Notes under the pieces: generated by a model
What the model was told of the DNA's origin: nothing
What the model saw: only the letters and a program-made list of their open reading frames with translations
Database searches by the model: none
Source of the DNA: Macrostomum lignano
Taxonomy: Eukaryota
Length of the DNA stretch: 64,000 nt
Reading direction: 5' to 3'
Assembly: GCA_002269645.1 (NCBI GenBank)
Contig: NIVC01003952.1
Span: forward strand, 1 to 64,000
Program-made: the position numbers and the translations under genes
In this document: positions 1-12,005 of the stretch, one piece after another
Layout: each line of letters opens with the position of its first letter
Numbering within the stretch: the stretch's first letter is position 1

Positions 1-1270
1 CACTCACCTCTCTCTTCTCTCTTCACTCACCTCTGTCTTCTCTCTTCACTCACCTCTCTCTTCTCTCTTCACTCACCTCTTCTCTCTTCACTCACTCTCT
101 CTTCTCTCTTCACTCACCTCTGTCTTCTCTCTTCACTCACCTCTCTCTTCTCTCTTCACTCACCTCTGTCTTCTCTCTTCACTCACCTCTCTTCTTCTCT
201 TCACTCACCTCTGTCTTCTCTCTTCACTCACCTCTGTCTTCTCTCTTCACTCACCTCTGTCTTCTCTCTTCACTCACCTCTGTCTTCTCTCTTCACTCAC
301 CTCTGTCTTCTCTCTTCACTCACCTCTTCTCTCTCCACTCACCTCTGTCTTCTCTCTTCACTCACCTCTGTCTTCTCTCTTCACTCACCTCTGTCTTCTC
401 TCTTCACTCACCTCTCTCTTCTCTCTTCACTCACCTCTGTCTTCTCTCTTCACTCACCTCTCTCTTCTCTCTTCACTCACCTCTGTCTCTCTTCACTCAC
501 CTCTCTCTTCTCTCTTCACTCACCTCTTCTCTCTTCACTCACTCTCTCTTCTCTCTTCACTCACCTCTCTTCTCTCTTCACTCACCTCTCTCTTCTCTCT
601 TCACTCACCTCTGTCTTCTCTCTTCACTCACCTCTTCTCTCTTCACTCACCTCTCTCTTCTCTCTTCACTCACCTCTTCTCTCTTCACTCACCTCTCTCT
701 TCTCTCTTCACTCACCTCTGTCTTCTCTCTTCACTCACCTCTCTCTTCTCTCTTCACTCACCTCTGTCTTCTATCTTCACTCACCTCTGTCTTCTCTCTT
801 CACTCACCTCTGTCTTCTCTCTTCACTCACCTCTGTCTTCTCTCTTCACTCACCTCTTCTCTCTTCACTAACCTCTCTCTTCTCTCTCTCCACTCACCTC
901 TCTCTTCTCTCTTCACTCACCTCTTCTCTCTTCACTCACCTCTCTTCTCTCTTCACTCACCTCTGTCTTCTCTCTTCACTCACCTCTGTCTTCTCTCTTC
1001 ACTCACCTTTCTCTCTTCACTAACCTCTCTCTTCTCTCTCTCCACTCACCTCTCTCTTCTCTCTTCACTCACCTCTTCTCTCTTCACTCACCTCTGTCTT
1101 CTCTCTTCACTAACCTCTCTCTTCTCTCTCTCCACTCACCTCTCTCTTCTCTTCACTCACCTCTCTCTTCTCTCTTCACTCACCTCTCTCTTCTCTCTCT
1201 CACTCACCTCTCTCTTCTCTCTTCACTCACCTCTGTCTTCTCTCTTCACTCACCTCTCTCTCTCTCTCTC
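1..1270. repeat. ~23-bp pyrimidine-rich minisatellite (CACTCACCTCTGTCTTCTCTCTT)n, running off the window start
   Basis: Tandem units with 20-25-bp length variants, followed by CT low-complexity to ~1490. Confidence 0.95.
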
Positions 1271-1573
1271 ACTCACCTTTCTCCTCTCTCTCTCTCTCTC
1301 TCTACACTCTTCTCTCTCTCTCTCTCCACTTTCCTCTCTCCTCTCTCGTATCTCTCTCCCCCTCTCTCCTCTTACTCTCCCCTATCCTTTCTCTTCTCTC
1401 TCTCTTTGCTGTTCTATACCTCTCTCCCACTGTCTCCTCTCTTGTCCTTCATCTTTACTCTTTCTTTTCCCTCTCCCCTCTCTCTTCTTCCTTTGTGCAA
1501 TCTCACCACAGCTTGCTTTGCCAAAGTTTCCTCATGAATTTTGAACTTTTCTCCCATCTAAATGCCTACGCAG

Positions 1574-1773
1574 TCAGCCTCTCGTGTTCAATATTTACTG
1601 TGTAGCCGAGACTCTACAGTGGTAAGTCAGAGGGGAAAAAGCCAGCTGCCCTGTCATTTTTATCCCACAGGAGGATCTTTCTCCTGCCCCCAATGAAAAT
1701 CTCTATCTCTCAATCTTCATCCCCAAATCGCACGCCCGCCTGCTCGCGGCCCATTGATTTCGAATTCGAATAG
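1574..1773 (+). CDS. Possible last two small exons (1574-1621, 1671-1773) of an unidentified plus-strand gene
   Basis: cag|TCAG...CAGTG|gtaagt, a 49-nt intron ending tttttatcccacag; spliced frame QPLVFNIYCVAETLQW-RIFLLPP...DFEFE*. No recognisable homology. Confidence 0.3.
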
Positions 1774-2469
1774 TTGGCTTCTCAATGCAAAGCTCCAAAA
1801 ATTGCGCAGCGGAGCAAGCGGTGCGTGACCTTCATTCGTTTCTTGACTTGACTCGAAGATAAATTTCTTTGAAGAAATCGCCTCTAATATCCAAGCTTTT
1901 CAAGATTTTTTATTCAGATGGCCTTTGACTTCGTGCCTCTCTTGATTCATAGAAACTCGAGATTCGAGCAGCCATATTTTCGATCCGATTATTATCATCT
2001 TGGTTTATAAGTTCTCATCGATACAAATTTAGTCTGTATGGAGATTCAATACGCCTCATCGGAGTAACCGGTATTTTGAATGCATTCAGACTCGAGCAAT
2101 GCTTATTGTTGTTGTGTAATCATTGTAAACCCGCGTGGACACTAATGATGCTGGATTGTCTTGTCCGTCTCGATCATGCTAGATCAATGGTTTAGTGGCC
2201 CATGAACTCATTCCTTCTCGGGTTACTCGGTCTACTAGCATAACCCTGGCGAGGCTCTTTGCGCATTCCCTCATTCACTCATTTATGCATTGATGAAGCC
2301 ACAAGTTCTGGCATGAAATCATGAACTCTGTCAGAAAGCAATGAACTCAGTCATGAACCCAAAAACTCAATCATGAAGTCATGAATTCAGTTACGAATGA
2401 ACTCAGACATAAACTGTCATGAAATCAATCATAGATTCTGTTATGAACTCAGTATGATCACAAACTCAA

Positions 2470-3470
2470 TCATACTGTCATGAACTCAATCACTGTCATG
2501 AACTCAATCATACTGTCATGAACTCAATCATACTGTCATGAACTTAATCACTGTCATGAACTCAATCATACTGTCATGAACTTAATCACTGTCATGAACT
2601 CAATCATACTGTCATGAACTCAATCATACTGTCATGAACTCAATCATACTGTCATGAACTTAATCACTGTCATGAACTCAATCATACTGTCATGAACTTA
2701 ATCACTGTCATGAACTCAATCATACTGTCATGAACTTAATCACTGTCATGAACTCAATCATACTGTCATGAACTCAATCACTGTCATGAACTTAATCACT
2801 GTCATGAACTCAATCATACTGTCATGAACTCAATCACTGTCATGAACTCAATCATACTGTCATGAACTCAATCATACTGTCATGAACTTAATCACTGTCA
2901 TGAACTCAATCACTGTCATGAACTCAATCATACTGTCATGAACTCAATCATACTGTCATGAACTCAATCATACTGTCATGAACTCAATCATACTGTCATG
3001 AACTCAATCATACTGTCATGAACTTAATCACTGTCATGAACTCAATCATACTGTCATGAACTTAATCACTGTCATGAACTCAATCATACTGTCATGAACT
3101 CAATCACTGTCATGAACTTAATCACTGTCATGAACTCAATCATACTGTCATGAACTCAATCACTGTCATGAACTTAATCACTGTCATGAACTCAATCATA
3201 CTGTCATGAACTCAATCATACTGTCATGAACTCAATCATACTGTCATGAACTCAATCACTGTCATGAACTCAATCATACTGTCATGAACTCAATCACTGT
3301 CATGAACTCAATCATACTGTCATGAACTCAGTTATGGTCACTTACTCAGTCATGAATTCTGTCATGAACTCAATCATACTGTCATGAACTCAATCACTGT
3401 CATGAACTCAATCATACTGTCATGAACTCAATCACTGTCATGAACTCAATCATACTGTCATGAACTCAGT
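2470..3470. repeat. 18/20-bp minisatellite (TCAATCA[TA]CTGTCATGAAC)n
   Basis: Interspersed 18- and 20-bp variants, each containing the palindrome TCATGA. Confidence 0.95.
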
Positions 3471-3616
3471 TATGGTCACTTACTCAGTCATGAATTCATG
3501 AATGCTTCAGTCAAGAACTCAAGAAATCAGTTCAGCCATGAACTTATTCACTCGCATGGAAGATATGCATAGGCTAATTCTGCCCGATGTCGATAAAAAA
3601 GCTTACAGTAAAGCCG

Positions 3617-3898
3617 TCACTTAAACTCTAAATAGACTGGAAGCCATACCCCATCCCTGCCATATAGAGCCCTCGCCTCACTAATGACAGGGTTGCAGCT
3701 CCTAAGCCTACGGCGCCACGCCCCCCCCCCCCCAGGTGCATGGAAGCAACCGAGTGTGTCGCAATCTGGTGGTAGAGCTTCGATCAGATCCCCCATTGAA
3801 TATACCAGCTGTATCTCCTTGGCTCGGTGGGAGGAGATCGTAGTATTAGCTAAGGAAAGATCCTCAACCAACTCCCCCAAAAAGTCGTATAGAGCCAT
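3617..3898 (-). CDS. Hypothetical 93-aa intronless ORF (MALYDFLGELVEDL...)
   Basis: ATG start with TATATATT ~40 nt upstream. A C homopolymer at ~3720-3733 makes the distal frame unreliable. No recognised family. Confidence 0.3.
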   Translation of the reverse strand: MALYDFLGELVEDLSLANTTISSHRAKEIQLVYSMGDLIEALPPDCDTLGCFHAPGGGGAWRRRLRSCNPVISEARALYGRDGVWLPVYLEFK

Positions 3899-5330
3899 TT
3901 AAGTATAAGCGCGTATTCACAATAGGCTGAATAGCTAATATATAGATAAAAAAGTTGTCATGGCGTAACACGAGACCTTCAAGAGAGGGGGGGATGCGAG
4001 TCACCGAGGCGTGGCCAGGAAGCGCTTCTCCAACCGGAAAAAAGCCCTGGAAAAAAAGCAGAGCTCCCAATACTCAGCCTGGTCGAGTGGGTCGCGCTAG
4101 CAAGCGTCAAGACACGCTGCACGCTTTCAAAATCAATTTTTGCTGATCATTTTGTAGTGGGACTTCCGTTTATATCGGGATTGAAGCAGCGATTTTTAGC
4201 ATAAATAGCTTTTTTGTAAGGGCCATGTTTATGCAGGCAGTGTATTTTGTTTTTGATTAATTAATTATAGCAGGATACTCGAGGATTTTTTTAAACATTG
4301 GAACAGACAGGCTGCTATGAGAGCAATGTTTTGACTTGTACCAAAAAAGTTACACAGATATGTATAGAAATGCTAACTAAACAAATGATGCACTTCTATG
4401 CGGGCTAATTAGCATGCACAATAACAAAATAACTATTGAATAAACAGAATAAAAATAAATATAAAACTTGGGAATATTATAAAACTACACAAAGACTGAC
4501 GGATCAACATAAAAAAATGAAATTGAAAGTACACAGACACACAAGAACTAAATTGTAACGCACTAAAACAAACACGCTGTACAGAAAAATCAGGTTTAAG
4601 CCAGATAAACCATCTGGTCAAGGAGCAACCTTCTTTGTCCTTTTATGTTTCTTTAAATCGCAGATCATGAAATAAAATAAGGCAGTTGTTTCAGACTTTC
4701 AGTATAGAAAAATTATTAGAAAATCTTAGCACATGAAGACCTGCAGGTGGCTAATATAAACGCAATGCAAAAAATAAACTTGAAACTACAAAGTTTCAAA
4801 GTAAAAAGAAATTATACATAAACCCGAGTCCAGTCCAGTGCAAGCAAGTAAGAGACAGGAACAGATTAGCAAGTACACCGTGTCCTTATTCACACAAAAT
4901 GGATAAGAACAAGTTTGTGCAATCTGAAATAATTTTAATATTGTTTACTCAAACCGAGATTTTGCCTATATGAATAAATACTAAAACATAACAGTACAGT
5001 ATAAAAAATCAATACTATTAGCAGTAGTATTATAAGTAAAATTAACGACAAAAACGATCGATACCAACAATAAAAACTAACGAAATAACTAAATTTAACG
5101 AACGACGGGCTAAAAAACATAAAAAGTGGTTGAAATTTCTGTTTAGCTAGAAAGCTAGAAACCTGCAGGCAATGCTGGTGCTACTTATACAAATTAAAAG
5201 CTTGAATACAATATTATTCCCGATCGGGCTAGCCAAGTCTCTGGATATAGGCAGATTTAACAAATTATTAAAAAATACCTAAAGTACGCTTGTCTGCTTT
5301 CTAAGAAATAATGTTCGGATTTCCAGGAAA

Positions 5331-6074
5331 CTATTTAGTATAAACACCGCGTCTGGCCTTCACTGATGACAGAGCAGGCGGGACTCCGAGCAGCGAGGTG
5401 TCCTGTCCGCGGCTCAGCAGCTCCTCGTTCTGCAGGAACAAGTTGAACACCTCTGGGCTCAGCTTGGTTGCCGGGTCGTCAGGACTCGGAGGGATCACAG
5501 TCGGCGGCTGCTGTGCCACCAGATCGTCCAAGTAGGTCACCGCGTACAGAATGTAGCCGCCGTGAGCGCAGGGCACCACGATGACGTCATCCTTGCTGAG
5601 CAGGGCCAGCACCTCTTCGATTGATGAGGCTCTGGGGAGGCTGGCCACGTCCTCCTTGCTGGCAAGAAGCTGCAGGTCCTTCAAGCCGGGCTGGCACCAC
5701 CTGGCAGCCGCAGGCTTCTGGCCGTTGGGGGAGGCTGCACCACCAGCTGAGCTGCGAGATGAAGCTGATAAGGCGGACACGCATGATGAGGATGAGGCGC
5801 CGGAGGAGTCTGAGGATGAGGATCCGGTCAGGGAGCAGGGCGATGATCGCTGCGTATCATCTGGTGAGGTCGCGGACTCGTGCCTCAGTTTTTGGTCATC
5901 GTTGAGCACAGTGAGAGCGCTGGAGATGGCGGGGAACAGACCGAGCAGATCCCGATCAGCTGATTCCCAAGTGCTCAGCTCAAAGATTCGCTCGTCAGCG
6001 TGTCTGCCAAGCCGCTTGATGAGATGCGACTCGGCTTTGCTGAACTGCTCGAATGGAGTCACTGCGGCTGGCAT
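5331..6074 (-). CDS. Hypothetical 247-aa protein, copy 1 of a duplicated cassette (MPAAVTPFEQFSKAESH...)
   Basis: Intronless ORF with a Ser-rich linker; 10 nt differences over ~234 codons from the copy at 57564-58289. The ATG at 6074 is the start shared by both copies. Confidence 0.7.
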   Translation of the reverse strand: MPAAVTPFEQFSKAESHLIKRLGRHADERIFELSTWESADRDLLGLFPAISSALTVLNDDQKLRHESATSPDDTQRSSPCSLTGSSSSDSSGASSSSCVSALSASSRSSAGGAASPNGQKPAAARWCQPGLKDLQLLASKEDVASLPRASSIEEVLALLSKDDVIVVPCAHGGYILYAVTYLDDLVAQQPPTVIPPSPDDPATKLSPEVFNLFLQNEELLSRGQDTSLLGVPPALSSVKARRGVYTK

Positions 6075-6202
6075 CGTGCAGGCAGAGATGCTGAAGTTAG
6101 CAGGGCTTTGGTGAAACTGCAGATCAAACACCGTTGATGCTCTGTGCTTACTGGCAGCCTTTGGTCTTGGTGTAATTTGGAAGCCTTCGCTTGGATCGCA
6201 AC

Positions 6203-6307
6203 TTTAATAGCCCTGCCCGCGCCCTCTGCCTGGGGGAGAGAGAGCGATTTCGGAACAGCGCGCCTGCCTGCCCTCCAACCCCACCCCCATGGATCCGCCC
6301 AGCCAAT
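6203..6307 (-). promoter_or_regulatory. CCAAT box, GC box and TATTAAA promoter of cassette copy 1
   Basis: CCAAT 6303-6307, CCGCCC 6295-6300, TTTAATA (TATTAAA on minus) 6203-6209; all conserved in copy 2. Confidence 0.55.
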
Positions 6308-7239
6308 GGGCGCGCGACCTGGCTGGCGGCCCACCCCACAACCCCATTTTACTCCAACAAACCGACAACACCTCGCAAGCGGCCGTCCAAGTTCCAACAG
6401 GCGGCGCCTTGCCTTTCCCCTCAAGGCCTTCTCACCCACCACATCTTGCATAAGAGGACTTGCGCAAGCTGATTTAGCGTAACTAAACCCCCGCCGCGGC
6501 CGCAAGTCGGCCTCCTCCCCTTTCTCTAATGCGCCCCTTGTTGTCTTCTCTCTTATATAGTTTTAGTTTAGTCCCGTCCTTATACATACGCCACGAACAC
6601 AATACTACTATGAAAACTAAACCAAAGGCAGCTGCGCCCACCCCAACCACCCGGCGGCTTGTCACATCATTTTCACTTCGCTCCCTGGGTGGGAGGGTGT
6701 CGAGGGGAGTCGGAGACGAAATAAGGGGGGGGATAAAATGCTGGTCTATGGAGGGAAGGAAGGAATGCCTTAAAATCCCCAGAGGCCATGACAATCGCCT
6801 TGGCGGCTTGTGCAACTCGTGTGCCTTTATGACCCATTAAGCTAAACATTCAGCGCTTCGGCCATGAATATCCTCAGATATTCATTCCCAACCCTTCCCA
6901 ATTCCCAATTCCCAATCCCATTCCATTCCCCTGGTTCCACCCCGCCCCTAGCTCTCTCGGTTAGATCAGATCCTCTTACTCCTCTAAGTAATAATAATAC
7001 TAAATGCTCGTGTATTCTATAAGGATTTAGTAGATTAACTATTAGTAGTTCGTATGAGATATCTAAGTGAAATATTGTGGGCTTACTACATGTAAATACG
7101 TCAGGAATGTCAAAGGAGCCACTTGGGAATGTCAGAGCAAACTACTTCGAATGTCAGGGTCAAATTGCTTATCTCACCTTATGGATTTCCAAATCCAAAT
7201 GAATGAAGCAAGCATCGTCCGAGGTTCTCAAGTTTATCG

Positions 7240-7520
7240 AGGTTGTAGTTACGCTCGTAGAACGTTGGACTCACGACTTAAACGTCGGGGTTCGATTCCA
7301 GATCACACTGGAACAACTTGTGTCCTTGAGCAAGAGCTGTAAAATGGGTGCCAGCATTAGCTGCGGTAATTGAGGGTGTGTTTTGCGATACTCCCCAGAC
7401 CTTGGACTGAACAGCCGTACGCAGCCTTCAGATGCGCCGCGCAATAGCTGCGGCTGAGCTGTCAGTTGCACACCTGGCCCAATTGGGGCAGGTGTAATCA
7501 ATTATTATTATTATTATTAT
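7240..7520 (+). mobile_element. tRNA-derived SINE with CORE-like motifs and an (ATT)n tail
   Basis: B-box GGTTCGATTCC 7289-7299; TGTGTCCTTGAGCAAG 7319-7334 and CTGTAAAATGGG 7337-7348 resemble two CORE/MIR motifs; (ATT)n tail 7501-7520. Confidence 0.6.
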
Positions 7521-8240
7521 CAAGAAAAACTATCAATTCTGGAGAAAGTGCATGGCAATTCTCATAACAGATTTGTTTTTTTGCCCAGCGCTTCATGGGG
7601 TTTTGCCATAGACAAATTTGGTCGAGAAAAACCCTTCTATAGAAAAAGCGTCCTTCTAAGTAAGTTGTCCATGGACCCATTGACACCATTTGCAGTGAAT
7701 AATTAACTTTCCTTGATTAACTTATGAGGTTTTGTTTAAAGGCTCAAATAAAGTGTCGTGTCTAGAGATGTGTGCACAGCGCATCATATGTTAGTTATAT
7801 CATGATCGAATAAATATTGATATTATATTAAAGTCGTCATTAAGCAAGTCAAATATCAAGCATCATGGATGCAATTCCCTGCGGGTGGGCCCGACTGATT
7901 CGAATGGACCCAACCAGCAAAAGGCCACGAAAGTTTGAGGCTTAAGCGCGTGAGAAACAAAGAGAATTTGTAAAGTAATTAGCGCGACTGTCACCTTTGC
8001 ACCACCTCAAGAAAACCAATAGGTGCGAAAGCTTGAAGCCCAACGAGTGTCAAAGGCTGACTGACTCATTCGGCTTTTGCTATACACGCGACTATTCGTT
8101 TTTGAAAGCTAAAAAATTCTTAAATAATGTTAAGTCGCCTCAAGGCCTATACTCGTATTATACACGTAATTATTATTAATATATTATTAGGCGCTTCAAC
8201 CTTGAGGCGGCGAGTCGCAATAGCCAGGAGCTGCCGATCT

Positions 8241-8606
8241 ACGATCTAGGGGTTGCCGATCTAGGAGTTGCCGATCTAGGGGTTGCCGATCTAGGGGTTG
8301 CCAATCTAGGGGTTGGCGATCTAGGGGTTGCCGATCTAGGGGTTGCCAATCTAGGGGTTGCCGATCTAGGGGTTGCCAATCTAGGGGTTGCCGATCTAGG
8401 GGTTGCCGATCTAGGGGTTGCCGATCTAGGGGTTGCCAATCTAGGGGTTGCCAATCTAGGGGTTGCCAATCTAGGGGTTGCCGATCTAGGGGTTGCCAAT
8501 CTAGGGGTTGCCAATCTAGGGGTTGCCGATCTAGGGGTTGCCGATCTAGGGGTTGCCGATCTAGGGGTTGCCAATCTAGGGGTTGCCAATCTAGGGGTTG
8601 CCGATC
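8241..8606. repeat. 15-bp minisatellite (GGGGTTGCC[G/A]ATCTA)n
   Basis: About 24 near-perfect units. Confidence 0.95.
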
Positions 8607-9404
8607 GAGAGTTTGCCAATCTAATAAGCGGCAATCTAGGTGGGGAAGAAAAAATTTAAGAGGTGATAAATAATTTATTTAGACAGGTGCCACACCAAAT
8701 CACAGCTCTGCCAATGCCAAAAGACTTACTGATGGGGCCTGTTAGTTGACCTGGATTTCACTCTATTTAGTAAAATGAAATCCAAGCGATCAGATATTTG
8801 TCAGTCAGTCCCCAGCCCGGATTCGTGCCACAACCACAGGGTAAGGGGAATTCGGGGAAAAAATCCCCTCCAAAGCAAACAAATGCCAATGCAAAGGTGG
8901 GAATAGCTATAGGCCATGGAATAAAGTTTCCTCCTAAAGTCGAAAACCCGTTTTTAAGCGTCTGATGAAGATCAGTGACTCGAACTTCCATAGCCAACGC
9001 ACGGCCCATCTTGACAACGAATCCCAAACCTGTCTTTCCATGAGTTTGAGTCACGGTTTTTGTCAAAATAAAATAAATGAGCACAATTCTCAAATCGAAC
9101 AGTCAGAAATGATGGATTGATTAACTGACTGATTTGGTTTTCAGTTGAATTGTAGGTATTCGTTAAACGGTCGGTATACCCCATTAGAAATAGATATGTG
9201 AAAACTTGCACGGATAGTGTGCTACAGACTTTGTTTGAACTGGCTAAAAATAAAACAAAGTTGAAATCCTTCAAAGTTGTCGCATCGATTACATCAGTTA
9301 AGTGCAGAGCTTTGATTTCTCTTTAGTCAATAATCATATATACTCGTATTCTCTTTTTAGTTCTGCAATTTCCTTCGAAACACAAGAATCATAAAGTATG
9401 ATAA

Positions 9405-10992
9405 TCAGAGTGTGAGAATCATAAAATGAGATTCTCATTCGATGCGTGAGACTCATACAGTGAGATTCTCATTCAAAGCAAGAGAATCATAAAATGAGAT
9501 TCTCATTCGATGCGTGAGACTCATACCGTGAGAGTCTCATTCGATGCGTGAGACTCATACCGTGAGAGTCTTATTCAATTCGTGAGACTCATACAGTGAG
9601 ATTCTTATTCAATTCGTGAGAATCATGCAGTGAGATTCTCATTCAAAGCGTGAGAATCATGCAGTGAGATTTTCAATTCAAAGCGTGAGACTCATACCGT
9701 GAGATTCTCAATTCAAAGCGTGAGAATCATGCAGTGAGATTCTCATTCAAGGCGTGAGAATCATAGAGTGAGATTCTCATTCAAAGTGTGAGAATCATGC
9801 AGTGAGGTTCTCTTTCAAAGTGTGAGAATCATGCAGTGAGATTCTCTTTCAAAGTGTGAGAATCATGCAGTGAGATTCCCATTCAAAGTGTGAGAATCAT
9901 GCAGTGAGATTCTCATTCAAAGAATCATAGAGTGAGATTCTCATTCAAAGAATCATAGAGTGAGATTCTCATTCAAAGAATCATAGAGTGAGATTCTCAT
10001 TCAAAGAATCATAGAGTTAGATTCTCATTCAAAGAATCATAGAGTGAGATTCTCATTCAAAGAATCATAGAGTGAGATTCTCATTCAAAGAATCGTAGAG
10101 TGAGCTTCTCATTCAAAGAATCATAGAGTGAGATTCTCATTCAAAGAATCGTAGAGTGAGATTCTCATTCAAAGAATCATAGAGTGAGATTCTCATTCAA
10201 AGAATCATAGAGTGAGATTCTCATTCAAAGAATCATAGAGTGAGCTTCTCATTCAAAGAATCGTAGAGTGAGCTTCTCATTCAAAGAATCATAGAGTGAG
10301 ATTCTCATTCAAAGAATCATAGAGTGAGATTCTCATTCAAAGAATCATAGAGTGAGATTCTCATTCAAAGAATCATAGAGTGAGATTCTCATTCAAAGAA
10401 TCATAGAGTGCGATTCTCATTCAAAGAATCATAGAGTGCGATTCTCATTCAAAGAATCAGAGTGAGATTCTCATTCAAAGAATCATAGAGTGAGATTCTC
10501 ATTCAAAGAATCATAGAGTGAGATTCTCATTCAAAGAATCATAGAGTGAGATTCTCATTCAAAGAATCATAGAGTGAGATTCTCATTCAAAGAATCATAG
10601 AGTGAGATTCTCATTCAAAGAATCATAGAGTGAGATTCTCATTCAAAGAATCATAGAGTGAGATTCTCATTCAAAGAATCATATACAGTGAGATTCTCAT
10701 TCAAAGAATCATAGAGTGAGATTCTCATTCAAAGAATCATAGAGTGAGATTCTCATTCAAAGAATCATAGAGTGAGATTCTCATTCAAAGAATCATAGAG
10801 TGAGATTCTCATTCAAAGAATCATAGAGTGAGATTCTCATTCAAAGAATCATATACAGTGAGATTCTCATTCAAAGAATCATATACAGTGAGATTCTCAT
10901 TCAAAGAATCATAGAGTGAGATTCTCATTCAAAGAATCATAGAGTGAGATTCTCATTCAAAGAATCATAGAGTGAGATTCTCATTCAAAGCG
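9405..10992. repeat. 34-bp to 28-bp minisatellite (TCATAGAGTGAGATTCTCATTCAAAGAA)n
   Basis: Divergent ~34-bp units to ~9910, then homogeneous 28-bp units. Confidence 0.95.
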
Positions 10993-11564
10993 TGAGAATC
11001 ATACATGGCGAGATCATTTTTCAGGCAGGACTTTATAGCCTATAGGTTGAGTCTTGTCTGTCTGATTCTGCTAATTACTGACTGACTGACAAGCATTTAA
11101 CAACACATCCACCTGCGTAACGATCTCATTGCTGAATGTTCATGGAAAACTTGCCTATTTTCGTATAGAGCCGCAATGCAAAGAATATCTATAATAATTG
11201 ATTTTAGTCAGCGAGACCGCCGCCCACCTTTAATCTCTCATCATCTGAGTGTCGGACTGGTTTTCCTGTTCCAGGCTTCAGTGTTTCTCACAGTCCCTCA
11301 TACCAAAAGTCTTTTATGCAGAACTTCTGCAGAGCTGGAATCCATTAGCATTCAAGAGTTTAAAATTAATTTCTTAATTACTTTTGGCCTCGTGCCAGGC
11401 GTGCATTTCAAGTGCAATGAAAGTAGAAATTTCTGGCGCTCGGCTTGTGCACGGTTTCAATAAAAGTACAAAACAAATAATTCGGAGTACTTTTGATGCC
11501 AACTGTGTATTTGAATAGTAGCAGAATGTGATACTTGAGTAGCTTTCATTTTCTCATTTTTCGG

Positions 11565-12005
11565 ATTTCTCATTTTGTGGAGCCGATTTCTCATTTAGTG
11601 GAGCCGATTTCTCATTTAGTGGAGCCGATTTCTCATTCAGTGGAGCCTATTTCTCATTTAGTGGAGCCGATTTCTCATTTAGTGGAGCCGATTTCTCATT
11701 TAGTGGAGCCGATTTCTCATTTAGTGGAGCCGATTTCTCATTTAGTGGAGCCGATTTCTCATTTAGTGGAGCCGATTTCTCATTTAGTGGAGCCGATTTC
11801 TCATTTAGTGGCGCCTATTTCTCATTTAGTGGAGCCGATTTCTCATTTAGTGGCGCCTATTTCTCATTTTGTGGCGCCGATTTCTCATTTTGTGGCGCCG
11901 ATTTCTCATTTTGTGGCGCCGATTTCTCAGTTTGTGGCGCCGATTTCTCAGTTTGTGGCACCGATTTCTCATCCTGCGGCGTCGATTTCTCAGTTTGTGG
12001 CGCCG
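11565..12005. repeat. 21-bp minisatellite (GTGGAGCCGATTTCTCATTTA)n
   Basis: About 21 units grading into GTGGCGCCGATTTCTCATTTT. Confidence 0.95.

Noticed and set aside
6075-6131. 19-aa N-terminal extension (MFDLQ...) of the 266-aa ORF call
   Set aside because: Starts at GTG and is interrupted by TGA in copy 2; the shared ATG at 6074 is preferred.
8239-9274. ATPRS/L repeat ORF and ~100-aa ORFs at 8767-9274
   Set aside because: The first is a 15-bp array translation; the others use non-ATG starts, overlap, and show no motif or splice support.
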